A stretch of DNA of 39,724 nt, taken from a virus. The notes beneath the pieces are model-generated. The model was not told the origin of the DNA and searched no databases. It was given only the letters and a program-made list of their open reading frames with translations. The position numbers and the translations under genes were made by a program. Each line of letters starts with the position of its first letter. The first letter of the stretch is position 1. The DNA lies in the IMG/VR virus record IMGVR_UViG_3300020202_000051; one strand, given 5' to 3'. Below are positions 21,893-30,055 of the stretch, one piece after another.

Positions 21893-23017
21893 TCACCGCT
21901 TGGCCCCCCCGGTGATCGACACCACGACGTCCTGCAGGCCAGCTCCAAAGCCGATCCGTTTGCCCTTCTCAACCAAGTGCGAAATGTCTTTCTTCGTGTA
22001 CCGCTCAGTCACAAGCACCGTCGAATGACCCAGCATGTCCTTGATCTCAGATTTGGAGTACCCGGCGCGCTCGGCATTCGTCGCGAACGTCCGCCTGAGG
22101 TCATGGATCGTTACCCGGGTGACCTTGGCTTCGGTGATCGCCCGCCTGTGGACATCCTTGAACGTGTCGTAAGGGATGAATCCCCCTTCAGGCTTTGACG
22201 CGATGTAGTCCTGAGGCCGGGTCCATTTCGTCTCACTCCGGAATGCATCAATCGCATCCCTGAGCCTTGGGAAGAGGGGCACCAGGGTCTCCCCTCCTTC
22301 GCCCTTCCCCTTTTGGCGTTCCACGACCTCACCCAAGGCTCGGTCCTCAAGGCGCCTGACCTGGACGACGGACGCCTCCCAGTCGATATCCTGGAACTGA
22401 AGCGCATTGGCCGAGCAGATCCGGGCGCCTGTCCAAAGCAGGAGCTGGCCCAGCATCCAGTAGTGAATCCCCTCTGCCCGGAGGGCCTCAAGATACCTCC
22501 CCTGCTCCTCCCAGCTCAGAACCTGCTTGGACTTGATCGGCTCGGGCTTGAGCGGAATTCGGCTGATCGGATTGACCAAGACCTTGCCTTCCATGAAGGC
22601 GTCCTGAAAGAGCTTGTGCATGAGCGCCCGGTACCGATTCCGGGTCGCGACCGTTTTCTTCATCTCGTATTGAAGCTCATCCAATGCCTCGAGAACCTCA
22701 GCAGTCGAGATGCTCTGCATGGGCCTCACCCCAAACCTGGGGAGCCAGAAGTTCTTGAGCCTCGAATCGTCATTCTTGACCGTCCCAAGCGGCATCTCGG
22801 CATAGCGCTTCCTGATCCACCGCTTGGCAAAGTCAATGAGCAGGATCTCATCCAGGGGAGCGGCAAGTCCGGCCTTCACCCTCTGGCGGTCAATCTGAAC
22901 CTTGCCTTCAAACTCAATTGCGTCTTGTTTCCGGGTAAATGAGCGGGTTTTGACCTTCCCCATGTCCCGCCATTGTACCATCCAGGGGGCTTTCCGCCCT
23001 TCCCTGTACTGAGGCAT
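21893..23017 (-). CDS. int: Tyrosine integrase
   Basis: TGARICS (Arg), HDLRRTFAT (His-x-x-Arg) and LGHSTVLVTERYTK (His...Tyr). Adjacent to the attP-like tRNA fragment. Confidence 0.9.
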   Translation of the reverse strand: MPQYREGRKAPWMVQWRDMGKVKTRSFTRKQDAIEFEGKVQIDRQRVKAGLAAPLDEILLIDFAKRWIRKRYAEMPLGTVKNDDSRLKNFWLPRFGVRPMQSISTAEVLEALDELQYEMKKTVATRNRYRALMHKLFQDAFMEGKVLVNPISRIPLKPEPIKSKQVLSWEEQGRYLEALRAEGIHYWMLGQLLLWTGARICSANALQFQDIDWEASVVQVRRLEDRALGEVVERQKGKGEGGETLVPLFPRLRDAIDAFRSETKWTRPQDYIASKPEGGFIPYDTFKDVHRRAITEAKVTRVTIHDLRRTFATNAERAGYSKSEIKDMLGHSTVLVTERYTKKDISHLVEKGKRIGFGAGLQDVVVSITGGAKR

Positions 23018-23301
23018 CAGCCCACTCTCCGCTTCAGGCGCTGCGTTTCCAGGAATGCCTCAAGAGCCTCAAGGCTGATCCGCCAGGTGCGCCCTATGGG
23101 CTGGGCATCCAGCTCCCGCAGGCGAATGTAATCATAGATCCGATCGATGCTCACGCTGAGGCGCGCAGCGATCTCCTTGACCGAAAAGAACTGACTGGGA
23201 ACACCCTTTACCTTGGGCCTTACAATCATGGCCTTGGCCTGGGTTGGCTTTCGGTCCTCTTTCCACCAGTCACGGTCAAGCCGCATCACTTCTGCTTTCA
23301 T
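23017..23301 (-). CDS. xis: Excisionase-family HTH protein
   Basis: FFSVKEIAARLSVSIDRIYDYIRLRELDAQPIGRTWRISLEALEAFL. ATG at 23301 behind GGGGGGAACA. TGATG overlap with int. Confidence 0.75.
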   Translation of the reverse strand: MKAEVMRLDRDWWKEDRKPTQAKAMIVRPKVKGVPSQFFSVKEIAARLSVSIDRIYDYIRLRELDAQPIGRTWRISLEALEAFLETQRLKRRVG

Positions 23302-23389
23302 TGTTCCCCCCACTTCTCAGATGCAGGGCGAGCCCAGCTACGGGGGGTCTCCTTTCGCCTTGACCCACCCCGCATCTGCCCACCCCAAC

Positions 23390-23800
23390 CTACTGCGCTG
23401 CTGTTGAATTGTGCGATTCCGTATAGGCCTTGCCCAGAAGCGTCCCGTTGAACGGTACCGCAGGCTGCTGAAAGATCGTCGCAAGCCTGCTCGTCAGGAT
23501 CTCCTGAATCGCGTTCTTCACCATGGATTCCAAGACGCCAGGAGGAATCTGCATCGTCACCGTAATCCCCGTCTGGACGTCAAAGCTTGTGGTCTCAATG
23601 GGCGCAGGCGTTGAGGCGCTGGGCGAAGTGACCTTCGCCTTAACCGGAGGCAAGGTCTTCCGCCAGCCGTAGTAAAGGGTCGGGTTGATCCCGATCTTCT
23701 TACAGGCCTCATTCACGCCTTTGCCCTCGCTGACAAGCTTGTCGATCAGCGTAACAATCTGGCGCTTTTCATCATCCGTTCTCATCGTTCGATTACTCAT
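23390..23800 (-). CDS. HTH protein (IS3-transposase-like N-terminal HTH), 136 aa
   Basis: Start at ATG 23800 behind GAGAAGGACGAGAG. DDEKRQIVTLIDKLVSEGKGVNEACKKIGINPTLYYGWRK. Confidence 0.55.
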   Translation of the reverse strand: MSNRTMRTDDEKRQIVTLIDKLVSEGKGVNEACKKIGINPTLYYGWRKTLPPVKAKVTSPSASTPAPIETTSFDVQTGITVTMQIPPGVLESMVKNAIQEILTSRLATIFQQPAVPFNGTLLGKAYTESHNSTAAQ

Positions 23801-23814
23801 CTCTCGTCCTTCTC

Positions 23815-23916
23815 TCAGAAGGCTTCCATGCCCAGAATATAGATCGCTGCCGATATCGCTGCGATCCCCAAACCGAGTGTCGCCCACACCGCTGCGCGCT
23901 CGTCTTTCGTGTACAC
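23815..23916 (-). CDS. Candidate 33-aa membrane peptide
   Basis: Hand translation gives (GTG)YTKDERAAVWATLGLGIAAISAAIYILGMEAF. TAGTG overlap with the SSB-like stop. Confidence 0.3.
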   Translation of the reverse strand: MYTKDERAAVWATLGLGIAAISAAIYILGMEAF

Positions 23917-24422
23917 TAGAAAGGCGCCTCCTCAAGCTCCTTCTCCTCCTGCTCACCCATCGCAAGATCGATCAGCTCGACTGACTGAAGCTCCTTCTCA
24001 ACCGCAGGCTTGATCAGCCCCGCCTCACCGGGAACAGGCGAGATCACAATCTGGGAATTCTTCCCTTCTCCCGACTTTGAGATCCTGACCCGCATCTTCT
24101 CAAGCGGGCAGTCCTGATTAAGCGCCTTCAGCTGCTCAAAGACGCGCTTTCCGCCCTCAAACACCTTGGCTCCCCACTGGCCGTCGACATAGATCAAGAA
24201 ATTGATCCTGAAGCGTCCATTGGCGCGCCTGTCATCCTCGTTCTCGCTCTGGCAAAGATCGCAGGTGTCTCTCCCCGGGCAGATGATCGACCTGCCCGAT
24301 TTCCAATGCTGATAGAACCGGGTGATCTCACCCCGGAACACCCCTTGGATCGAGTCACCGTCCTTCAGTCTCAGTATGTGCTTTCCGATTCCGGATCCCC
24401 ATTCTGGGAATTGCATATGCAT
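23916..24422 (-). CDS. SSB-like protein with a Cys cluster and an acidic C-terminal tail
   Basis: Contains CPGRDTCDLC and ends EQEEKELEEAPF, an acidic tail with terminal Phe as in bacterial and T7 SSBs. ATG 24416 may be the true start. Confidence 0.45.
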   Translation of the reverse strand: MHMQFPEWGSGIGKHILRLKDGDSIQGVFRGEITRFYQHWKSGRSIICPGRDTCDLCQSENEDDRRANGRFRINFLIYVDGQWGAKVFEGGKRVFEQLKALNQDCPLEKMRVRISKSGEGKNSQIVISPVPGEAGLIKPAVEKELQSVELIDLAMGEQEEKELEEAPF

Positions 24423-24443
24423 TCACTCCATTGGGCCTGTAGA

Positions 24444-25322
24444 TTACGACGCAGCCTGCTTGCCCAAGGCTGGCTGGTCATCTTTTGATTCTTGAATGGC
24501 TTGGTAAAGCGAACAGAACTTGGCAGCCGAGCAGTAGTGCTTACAGCGCGTACTCTCCCCCGGTCGCTTCTGAACGAAATAAGCTGGGTTCTGGCTCGCG
24601 TGCGCATGAGCCTCTTCTTCGCTCTCGTAAAGCTTCACGGCCCGGGCCTTCCCTTGCGCCATGACGGCGAATACGTCGGGCTTAGCCCAGCGCTCCTCAG
24701 CCGTACAGAGGGGAAGCTCAACCCGCGCCTGCTGGTGCAGGATTACGCGCTCCCGCATGAACTTCTGCGCATCAGCCTCGGGCCAGAGCGGGACATTGAT
24801 GATCATGACCTGCTTCTGGGGATACTCAGGGTCCCGGGAGGCCTCGATCTTGCTCCAGTCGCGCAGGATGGCTACAATCTGAAGCTTCCTGACGGGGTGC
24901 CCGTTGGCGCGAAGGAGTTCAGCATAGAGGTTAGCCTGAGCCTCGTATTCAATCGGCGCCTTTCCCCCTTTGAACTTCCACGACGTCACGAATTTATAGT
25001 CCTGAAGGAGACCATTCGCGTAGTACGCATCTTGGCTCCCTGAGACCGTCCACCCTGCGCATTTCACGTAAAGCCTACGCTCAGCAACGCCTGTCGTATT
25101 GGCGCGCTCTAGGATCCCGTGCATCACCTGGCCGACGAGCGACCAGATGCGGTCTGAGCAGTCTTCCGTGATCTCATCCCAGTGCTGCTCAGTGAGCGCG
25201 ACCTTCCGAGGCGGATCGAGAAGCTGAGTGACCGAGATATCGGCCTTGCCCTTCGAATAGCTGTCGTTTGAGACCGCCTCAAAGAGCGGCTGGGGGAGGT
25301 TCGAGTGATTGGTAATGATCAT
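24444..25322 (-). CDS. PD-(D/E)XK, Cas4/RecB-like exonuclease
   Basis: QDAYYANGLLQDYKF (D...D/E-x-K) plus the C-terminal Cys cluster CKHYCSAAKFC. Confidence 0.65.
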   Translation of the reverse strand: MIITNHSNLPQPLFEAVSNDSYSKGKADISVTQLLDPPRKVALTEQHWDEITEDCSDRIWSLVGQVMHGILERANTTGVAERRLYVKCAGWTVSGSQDAYYANGLLQDYKFVTSWKFKGGKAPIEYEAQANLYAELLRANGHPVRKLQIVAILRDWSKIEASRDPEYPQKQVMIINVPLWPEADAQKFMRERVILHQQARVELPLCTAEERWAKPDVFAVMAQGKARAVKLYESEEEAHAHASQNPAYFVQKRPGESTRCKHYCSAAKFCSLYQAIQESKDDQPALGKQAAS

Positions 25323-25573
25323 GCGGGTACTCCTTTTTCATGTTCATCCCCCGATGAATCGTCCCAGGCCCCAGCTTTGGCATACGGATCATCCGGCTCA
25401 CACGCGCCGTACAGCTTCCGCTGCGCGCGGTTCTCTGCCAGGTGAAGCAGGAACTCGAGGCGGTCGGAAAGCTCTGCCTTGCTGATGAATCCGCGCGCGT
25501 ACATGTCCAGGCACTCGTCCAGATCGCTGTCGGTTACGAACTCGTCCGCAACTAAATCGGTTAATGTGGACAT
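25319..25573 (-). CDS. Hypothetical acidic protein (84 aa)
   Basis: ATG at 25573 behind GGAGAAAT is preferred over GTG 25600. Confidence 0.55.
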   Translation of the reverse strand: MSTLTDLVADEFVTDSDLDECLDMYARGFISKAELSDRLEFLLHLAENRAQRKLYGACEPDDPYAKAGAWDDSSGDEHEKGVPA

Positions 25574-25647
25574 ATTTCTCCATCCGCGCCAAAGACGCAC
25601 ATCTTGCGCAAGGCAATGTTGCGTTGCACATTACATTCAGGTAGCCG

Positions 25648-25866
25648 TCAGCTTGCCTGCCGTTGCTCAGCGATTCGGTTTTCGATTCGCTCCATCGTTT
25701 CGCGCAGGACAACTATGCTGGGGTACCTCATGCGCACCGTCTTACCGTTCAGGAATCGCCATAGCGTGCTAGGGGCAATCCCCAGTTCATTCGCTAACTC
25801 GGATCCAGTTACCCGCCAGCGGATCATCCAGTCTTGGATCCACTTTTGGGATGCACGGCTCTTCAT
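25648..25866 (-). CDS. Cro-like HTH regulator, first gene of the leftward early operon
   Basis: TGSELANELGIAPSTLWRFLNGK. ATG 25866 lies 6 nt downstream of a TATAAC -10. Confidence 0.65.
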   Translation of the reverse strand: MKSRASQKWIQDWMIRWRVTGSELANELGIAPSTLWRFLNGKTVRMRYPSIVVLRETMERIENRIAEQRQAS

Positions 25867-25917
25867 GATCAGGTTATAGATCCAGTTTGCAAAAACTGCA
25901 ACTAAAAATTGCAAAAA
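25867..25917. promoter_or_regulatory. Divergent switch region with a palindromic operator
   Basis: TTGCA-AAAAC-TGCAA at 25887-25901, and a second TTGCA at 25909. The minus-strand promoter reads TTGCAG (25901..25896), 17 nt, TATAAC (25878..25873). Confidence 0.6.
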
Positions 25918-26427
25918 ATGTCTAAGGATACTCTTTCGATTTTAAACCGAAATTTTGGCCGGATGATCCAGAAGCTGAACTGGGATCAGAAAAGGGCCGC
26001 GGCAGCAATGGGCCTAAAGCATTATACTTTGAGCCGCTATCTCGCCGGCAAAACTGACCCAGGAATCAAGGGCCTGGAGAAGATCGCCAAGGGCTTCGGG
26101 ATCACCGTCTCGGAACTGCTCGACCCAGAAAAGCCACCCTCCGCCCGATTCGCCCCGATTAGCGCAATGGACGCGCTCGTAGCGATTGAAGAGCACGTCC
26201 GTGCGACGTCGGATCATCCTGTCCCATCAACTGAAACGATTGATGAAATTCTCGCCAGCTTGAAGGAACTTCATGCGCGGCTTGATCACGCGCCGGAGCT
26301 GCCCCCGCGGCTTGACCTGGCGACGATTCCGTTGCCTCTTCTCTGGGCCCTTGGCGCCATTGACCGCCAGGGGCTGGTCACCATCACCAAGATGCTCGAA
26401 GCGCTTTTGAAGCGTCGCATGTTGTAG
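25918..26427 (+). CDS. CI-like repressor candidate (XRE HTH plus C-terminal domain)
   Basis: ATG at 25918. QKRAAAAMGLKHYTLSRYLAGKTDPGIKGLEKIAKGFGITVSELL. No S24 peptidase motif seen. Confidence 0.7.
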   Translation: MSKDTLSILNRNFGRMIQKLNWDQKRAAAAMGLKHYTLSRYLAGKTDPGIKGLEKIAKGFGITVSELLDPEKPPSARFAPISAMDALVAIEEHVRATSDHPVPSTETIDEILASLKELHARLDHAPELPPRLDLATIPLPLLWALGAIDRQGLVTITKMLEALLKRRML

Positions 26428-26607
26428 GATCTGAGCCATCCTAGAATAGGTGTCCGTGCAGACACCCATCAGAAGATCAACGTCGATCGAGTCATCAAGA
26501 TCGTCTAGATTGGCCAGGTAAAGGACCCATGCGCACATTTCTTTAAGTTGAGCGACAGTCAACTTGATCTCAATCCCACGTCGCGACTTTTTACTGATCT
26601 TTTTCAT
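26227..26607 (-). CDS. Questionable ORF overlapping the 3' end of the CI-like gene
   Basis: MKKISKKSRRGIEIKLTVAQLKEMCAWVLYLANLDDLDD... looks protein-like only in its first 60 or so codons (26428..26607). The Arg-rich remainder is antisense to 26227..26427. Confidence 0.25.
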   Translation of the reverse strand: MKKISKKSRRGIEIKLTVAQLKEMCAWVLYLANLDDLDDSIDVDLLMGVCTDTYSRMAQILQHATLQKRFEHLGDGDQPLAVNGAKGPEKRQRNRRQVKPRGQLRRVIKPRMKFLQAGENFINRFS

Positions 26608-26735
26608 TGAGTGCCCCACCACACAAAAACCTGACGGGCCCCTACATACGGTGCGGTCGCGCGAAATGCAATATGCGCAATTTCATTTTTTTAAGTATCC
26701 CCAGCGGAATACCGCCACCAGAGCGGCAAGCCGGA

Positions 26736-26752
26736 ATTGCCAATTCGGCAAT
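26736..26752. promoter_or_regulatory. Palindromic operator-like site ATTGCC-AATTC-GGCAAT
   Basis: Perfect 6-bp arms with a 5-bp spacer, the same TTGCN-N5-NGCAA architecture as 25887-25901. Lies about 76 nt upstream of the HTH gene at 26828. Confidence 0.5.
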
Positions 26753-26827
26753 AGCTAGTCTCACACGTGAGATACTCTCATTTAAGACAGAATTTCGCGG
26801 ACTTAAATCTTGGCGTAAGCTTCAGAA

Positions 26828-27031
26828 ATGGCCCGGCTTCTCATCAAGAAAATCTGCGAAACCCGCAAGATATCTAAGCGCCAGCTTGCGCTCGCCATGG
26901 GCTACAAGAAGGGCTCAGCCCAAAACGTACATCGCCTTATGCAACGTACCGGCAATCCCAGGATTGATACCTTGATCCGCTGCGCCAAGGCTCTCGGACT
27001 TAAGGTCTCCGATCTGATCATCGAGAGGTAA
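26828..27031 (+). CDS. XRE-family HTH protein (67 aa)
   Basis: ISKRQLALAMGYKKGSAQNVHRLMQRTGNPRIDTLIRCAKALGLKVSDL. Confidence 0.7.
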   Translation: MARLLIKKICETRKISKRQLALAMGYKKGSAQNVHRLMQRTGNPRIDTLIRCAKALGLKVSDLIIER

Positions 27032-27095
27032 ACCCTTTCGATTGTGCTTTTTTTGACACATTCATTTGATCGGAATTCCGACCGATACTCAAAGC

Positions 27096-27371
27096 ATGAA
27101 AACTGCCATTCTCATGGGAATAGCCCTATTCCTCGCATCAGGCCCTGGGTGCTCGGGGATGAAAAAGCGCCAATCGATCACTGCGCCCCAGGTTGGCTGC
27201 CCTCCCCAAGAAATCCAAATTGTTGATCAGCGACGCGCGTTCCTCTCCTCAACTCACTCCTGGACAGCCATTTGCCGAGGCAAGGTCTACCACTGCGGCG
27301 GAGAAGGTGGCTTTGCTACCTGTAAGCAGGATCCAGCTAACGCTGCTCTTTCTCAGCCAAATACGCCTTAA
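27096..27371 (+). CDS. Secreted or lipoprotein-like protein (possible prophage-expressed surface/exclusion factor)
   Basis: ATG at 27096. MKTAILMGIALFLASGPGCSG is a signal peptide with Cys19. Five further Cys residues. Confidence 0.55.
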   Translation: MKTAILMGIALFLASGPGCSGMKKRQSITAPQVGCPPQEIQIVDQRRAFLSSTHSWTAICRGKVYHCGGEGGFATCKQDPANAALSQPNTP

Positions 27372-27570
27372 CGTCATCGTTCACGACGGGCTTCCGCTTC
27401 ACGGGCTCGGGCTTGAAGGTAAACCGCCCCGATCTCACCAGCTGCTGAGGCGCAGGCTTATCATAGGGGATCGGGCTCGGCCGCTGGCCGAAGAGGAGGA
27501 GCCCCAAGGCCAGGAGCGCGATCGAAAGGAGCACTCCGATCACGATCCCGAGCCAGAGCACGCGCTTCAC
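27337..27570 (-). CDS. Single-pass membrane protein (77 aa), last gene of the sugar cassette
   Basis: N-terminal VLWLGIVIGVLLSIALLALGLLLF. ATGA-type overlap with the GNAT gene. Confidence 0.55.
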   Translation of the reverse strand: MKRVLWLGIVIGVLLSIALLALGLLLFGQRPSPIPYDKPAPQQLVRSGRFTFKPEPVKRKPVVNDDVKAYLAEKEQR

Positions 27571-28181
27571 CCTACGGCTCTAGAGTAAGCAGGCTGCCCC
27601 GCCTGATTGAACCGCTGCCAGTCTTCCATCCGAAGCGGGATCTTGTTCGGGTAAGCAGCGTGCGAGAACCACTCATCTCTGAGCAGGCTGTAAAGCTGCG
27701 CATCGAGATACTCGCCTTCGCGGTAGTAAAATGCGCGCCTTGAGCCCTCGAGCTTAAACCCCAGGTCCTGAAAGATCTTCTGGGCGGCATTGCCCTCAAA
27801 CGATTCACCCCAGATGCAGTTGAGCCCGAGCGTATAGAAGCCGTGGCTAACGAGCGTCTGAAGGGCTGCCCTCCCGTGCCCATGCTTACGCTCATTGGGT
27901 GCAATGTAGAGGGAGAATTCAGCCCTGTGGTTCCAGGGGTCGATCGACGTCAGTCCACAGACGCCGACAGGCTTTCCTTCGGCCTTGATGATGTACATCT
28001 TGATCGACGGATCCTGCGCCTGGCGCTCATACCATTTCTCCTGGGCGTAATCCGAAATGAGATCGTTCTGCCTGCAGGTGCGCCAGGTCGCGTAATCGTT
28101 CCGCCATTCCTTGATCAGATGCATGAAATGGCGATCGAGCGGCCCGAGACTGACGTTCTTCCCGTAGCCGTAGGCGATCAC
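27567..28181 (-). CDS. GNAT N-acetyltransferase (PseH/RimL-like)
   Basis: LIKEWRNDYATWR..., GVCGLTSIDPWNHRAEFSLYIAPNERKHGHGRAALQ and NAAQKIFQDLGFKLEG fit the GNAT fold and PseH-like N-terminus. Confidence 0.7.
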   Translation of the reverse strand: MIAYGYGKNVSLGPLDRHFMHLIKEWRNDYATWRTCRQNDLISDYAQEKWYERQAQDPSIKMYIIKAEGKPVGVCGLTSIDPWNHRAEFSLYIAPNERKHGHGRAALQTLVSHGFYTLGLNCIWGESFEGNAAQKIFQDLGFKLEGSRRAFYYREGEYLDAQLYSLLRDEWFSHAAYPNKIPLRMEDWQRFNQAGQPAYSRAVG

Positions 28182-28372
28182 GCGGCTTTCTCCCAGAGCT
28201 TCTGGATGAGATCCACCAGGTGGAAGTTCTCGGAAACGCCGACGTTGTCCTTCAGAAATGCGCCGAAGGCTTCGCCGAACTTCCCCTGCTCATGCTTCAG
28301 TTCCATCTCCATCTTTCTCAGCTTCTCTCGCCATTCGACGAGTGCCTGGATCTTTGTATCAATCTCACTCAT
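28178..28372 (-). CDS. Hypothetical helical protein (64 aa)
   Basis: ORF coupled to both neighbours by 4-nt overlaps. Confidence 0.5.
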   Translation of the reverse strand: MSEIDTKIQALVEWREKLRKMEMELKHEQGKFGEAFGAFLKDNVGVSENFHLVDLIQKLWEKAA

Positions 28373-29589
28373 GCCTTTCCCTCCCTCACTTTGGCGGCAA
28401 ATGGACTCTGAGGGGCTTTGCCCTCAAGTTGTACAGACCCTGTCCTGATCCGGGTCAAAATGTCTGAGCAGGTATTCAGAACCTGATCCATGACGGATAT
28501 ATGGTGGAAGTTGAAGAACCAGGAGGGGCCAAAGAGAATCCCTGCCCGGCAAGCCTCCTGCCAGAACTTGGCCTTCACCTCGGGATCGCCTTTGAAGTAG
28601 CCCCGCGTCGGATACCCTTCGATCTGGATCATCCCGGGCCAGATGGAATTGAAGGCCTTTAGGAATTGCCCGCCCTTCTCCCAGAGGTGCTCAAGTCGAT
28701 ATTTCGTCTGAAGGAGCTGCATCGTTTTTGTGGCAGCGGCCAGAGACAGCGTCTCGCCCGCAAAGGTCGAAGAGACGAAATACTCCTGTCCGCTCATGAG
28801 ATCGCGCTTGCCTGCGACTGCTGACAAGGGCATCCCATTGGCGATCGCCTTCCCCAGGCAGATGAGATCCGGCTGAATGCCGTAATGCTGAGCTACGGTG
28901 AAACCTGGATACCTGAAGCCCGTAATGATCTCATCGAAGATGAGAACGACTCCATTACGCGTGCAGAATTCCCGCAGCTGCCTGAGCCAGGCAATTCGGT
29001 CGTCGCTTGTATCGAGCATGACGGGCTCGATGATGACGGCAGCTGTATCGGGCTCGATTTCGGCCGCCTCAAGCTTCCGGATCCACTGATGATGCATCAC
29101 TCCCAATGCGGGAGGGGTCAGCGAGACGAACTCGTCAGACCACCCGTGATATCCTTCGGTGTAGACGCGGTTCCGCTTGGTATAGGCCCTGGCGATCCTG
29201 AGTGCTGCCTGGCAGGCTTCGGAGCCTGTCTTTAGGAACTTCACTTGCTCGACCCAGGGGACGAGTTCTTTGACCTTCTCAGCGGTGAAAAGCTCAGTAT
29301 AGGAGCTGAGCGAAAGCGTCGCTCCCTGGTGCGCCCGGTGGATGATGGCTTCAGTGACTTCCGGGTGCCCGTAGCCCAGGATGTTTGAGCCCAGGCCGCA
29401 GATAAAGTCTAAGAACCTGTTTCCTTCAACATCCCATACATAAGCGCCATGACCGGTAGCTAGATGAGTAGGGTAGATTCCCTCGATCAAACAGGAGGGC
29501 CTCTTACTGTTTGTCAGCGAACCCTGAGCAATACACTCCATAGCTCGCCGCTGGTAGTCCCATTTTGGTGGTTTCCACTTATGCGGCAT
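28369..29589 (-). CDS. Class-III PLP aminotransferase (glutamate-1-semialdehyde aminomutase-like)
   Basis: HGAYVWDVEGNRFLDFICGLGSNILGYGHPEV and the PLP-lysine context DLICLGKAIANGMPLSAV. Start is ATG 29589 (GGAAGGG SD) or 29604. Confidence 0.75.
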   Translation of the reverse strand: MPHKWKPPKWDYQRRAMECIAQGSLTNSKRPSCLIEGIYPTHLATGHGAYVWDVEGNRFLDFICGLGSNILGYGHPEVTEAIIHRAHQGATLSLSSYTELFTAEKVKELVPWVEQVKFLKTGSEACQAALRIARAYTKRNRVYTEGYHGWSDEFVSLTPPALGVMHHQWIRKLEAAEIEPDTAAVIIEPVMLDTSDDRIAWLRQLREFCTRNGVVLIFDEIITGFRYPGFTVAQHYGIQPDLICLGKAIANGMPLSAVAGKRDLMSGQEYFVSSTFAGETLSLAAATKTMQLLQTKYRLEHLWEKGGQFLKAFNSIWPGMIQIEGYPTRGYFKGDPEVKAKFWQEACRAGILFGPSWFFNFHHISVMDQVLNTCSDILTRIRTGSVQLEGKAPQSPFAAKVREGKA

Positions 29590-30043
29590 GGGCAGCCCTT
29601 CCATGTTCTGCCAAATGATGGATGCGACAAAGCCACGTAATGTCTAGTGGCTTGCTATAATCGGTATGGTGAGCCTGCGAATTTGGATCACCGCAAATCT
29701 CACATGCTTGTCGGATCAGCTTTCCCGTCATCAGTGCTTTTCTAACCCGGGCATAAACGCGGTTCCGCATTTTATAGTTTTCTGTTTTCCAATACCGCCT
29801 TATTGCTAACCATCTGTCTTGGGATTTTTTGTATGCATCCAGGACCAGCTTACCCCGATCTGTGCTCTGATATTTGCGCGTGGCCAAGATTGCGGCCTGT
29901 CGACCCTTTTCCGTCTTCCGATACTCACGCGTGGCGGTTAAAAGGCATGTTTTGCATTTGCCGCGCACACCATCGCGACTTGTAGAATCCTTGTAGAATT
30001 CGGCTAGCGGTTTTTCAGTCCCACAGCCCTTACAGCGCTTCAT
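29579..30043 (-). mobile_element. HNH homing-type endonuclease gene inserted in the sugar cassette
   Basis: CKGCG...CKTC at the N-terminus and CEICGDPNSQAHHTDYSKPLDITWLCRIHHLAEH at the C-terminus. Visibly AT-richer than its flanks. Confidence 0.7.
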
Positions 30044-30055
30044 CTCATCCCTCCC

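Noticed and set aside
21523-21896. ORFs 21523..21840 (+) and 21606..21896 (-) in the attP region
   Set aside because: They span the tRNA-like fragment and the arm repeats, lack an RBS and have odd composition. The region is better explained as a non-coding attachment site.
26449-26466. Hairpin after the CI-like gene as a rho-independent terminator
   Set aside because: It has a 6-bp stem with a 6-nt loop but no following T-tract on either strand. It is kept only as a note.
28369-29604. The class-III aminotransferase as genuine HemL (tetrapyrrole synthesis)
   Set aside because: No other heme-pathway genes are present, and it is embedded between cytidylyltransferase and GNAT genes. A sugar aminotransferase role is more consistent with that context.
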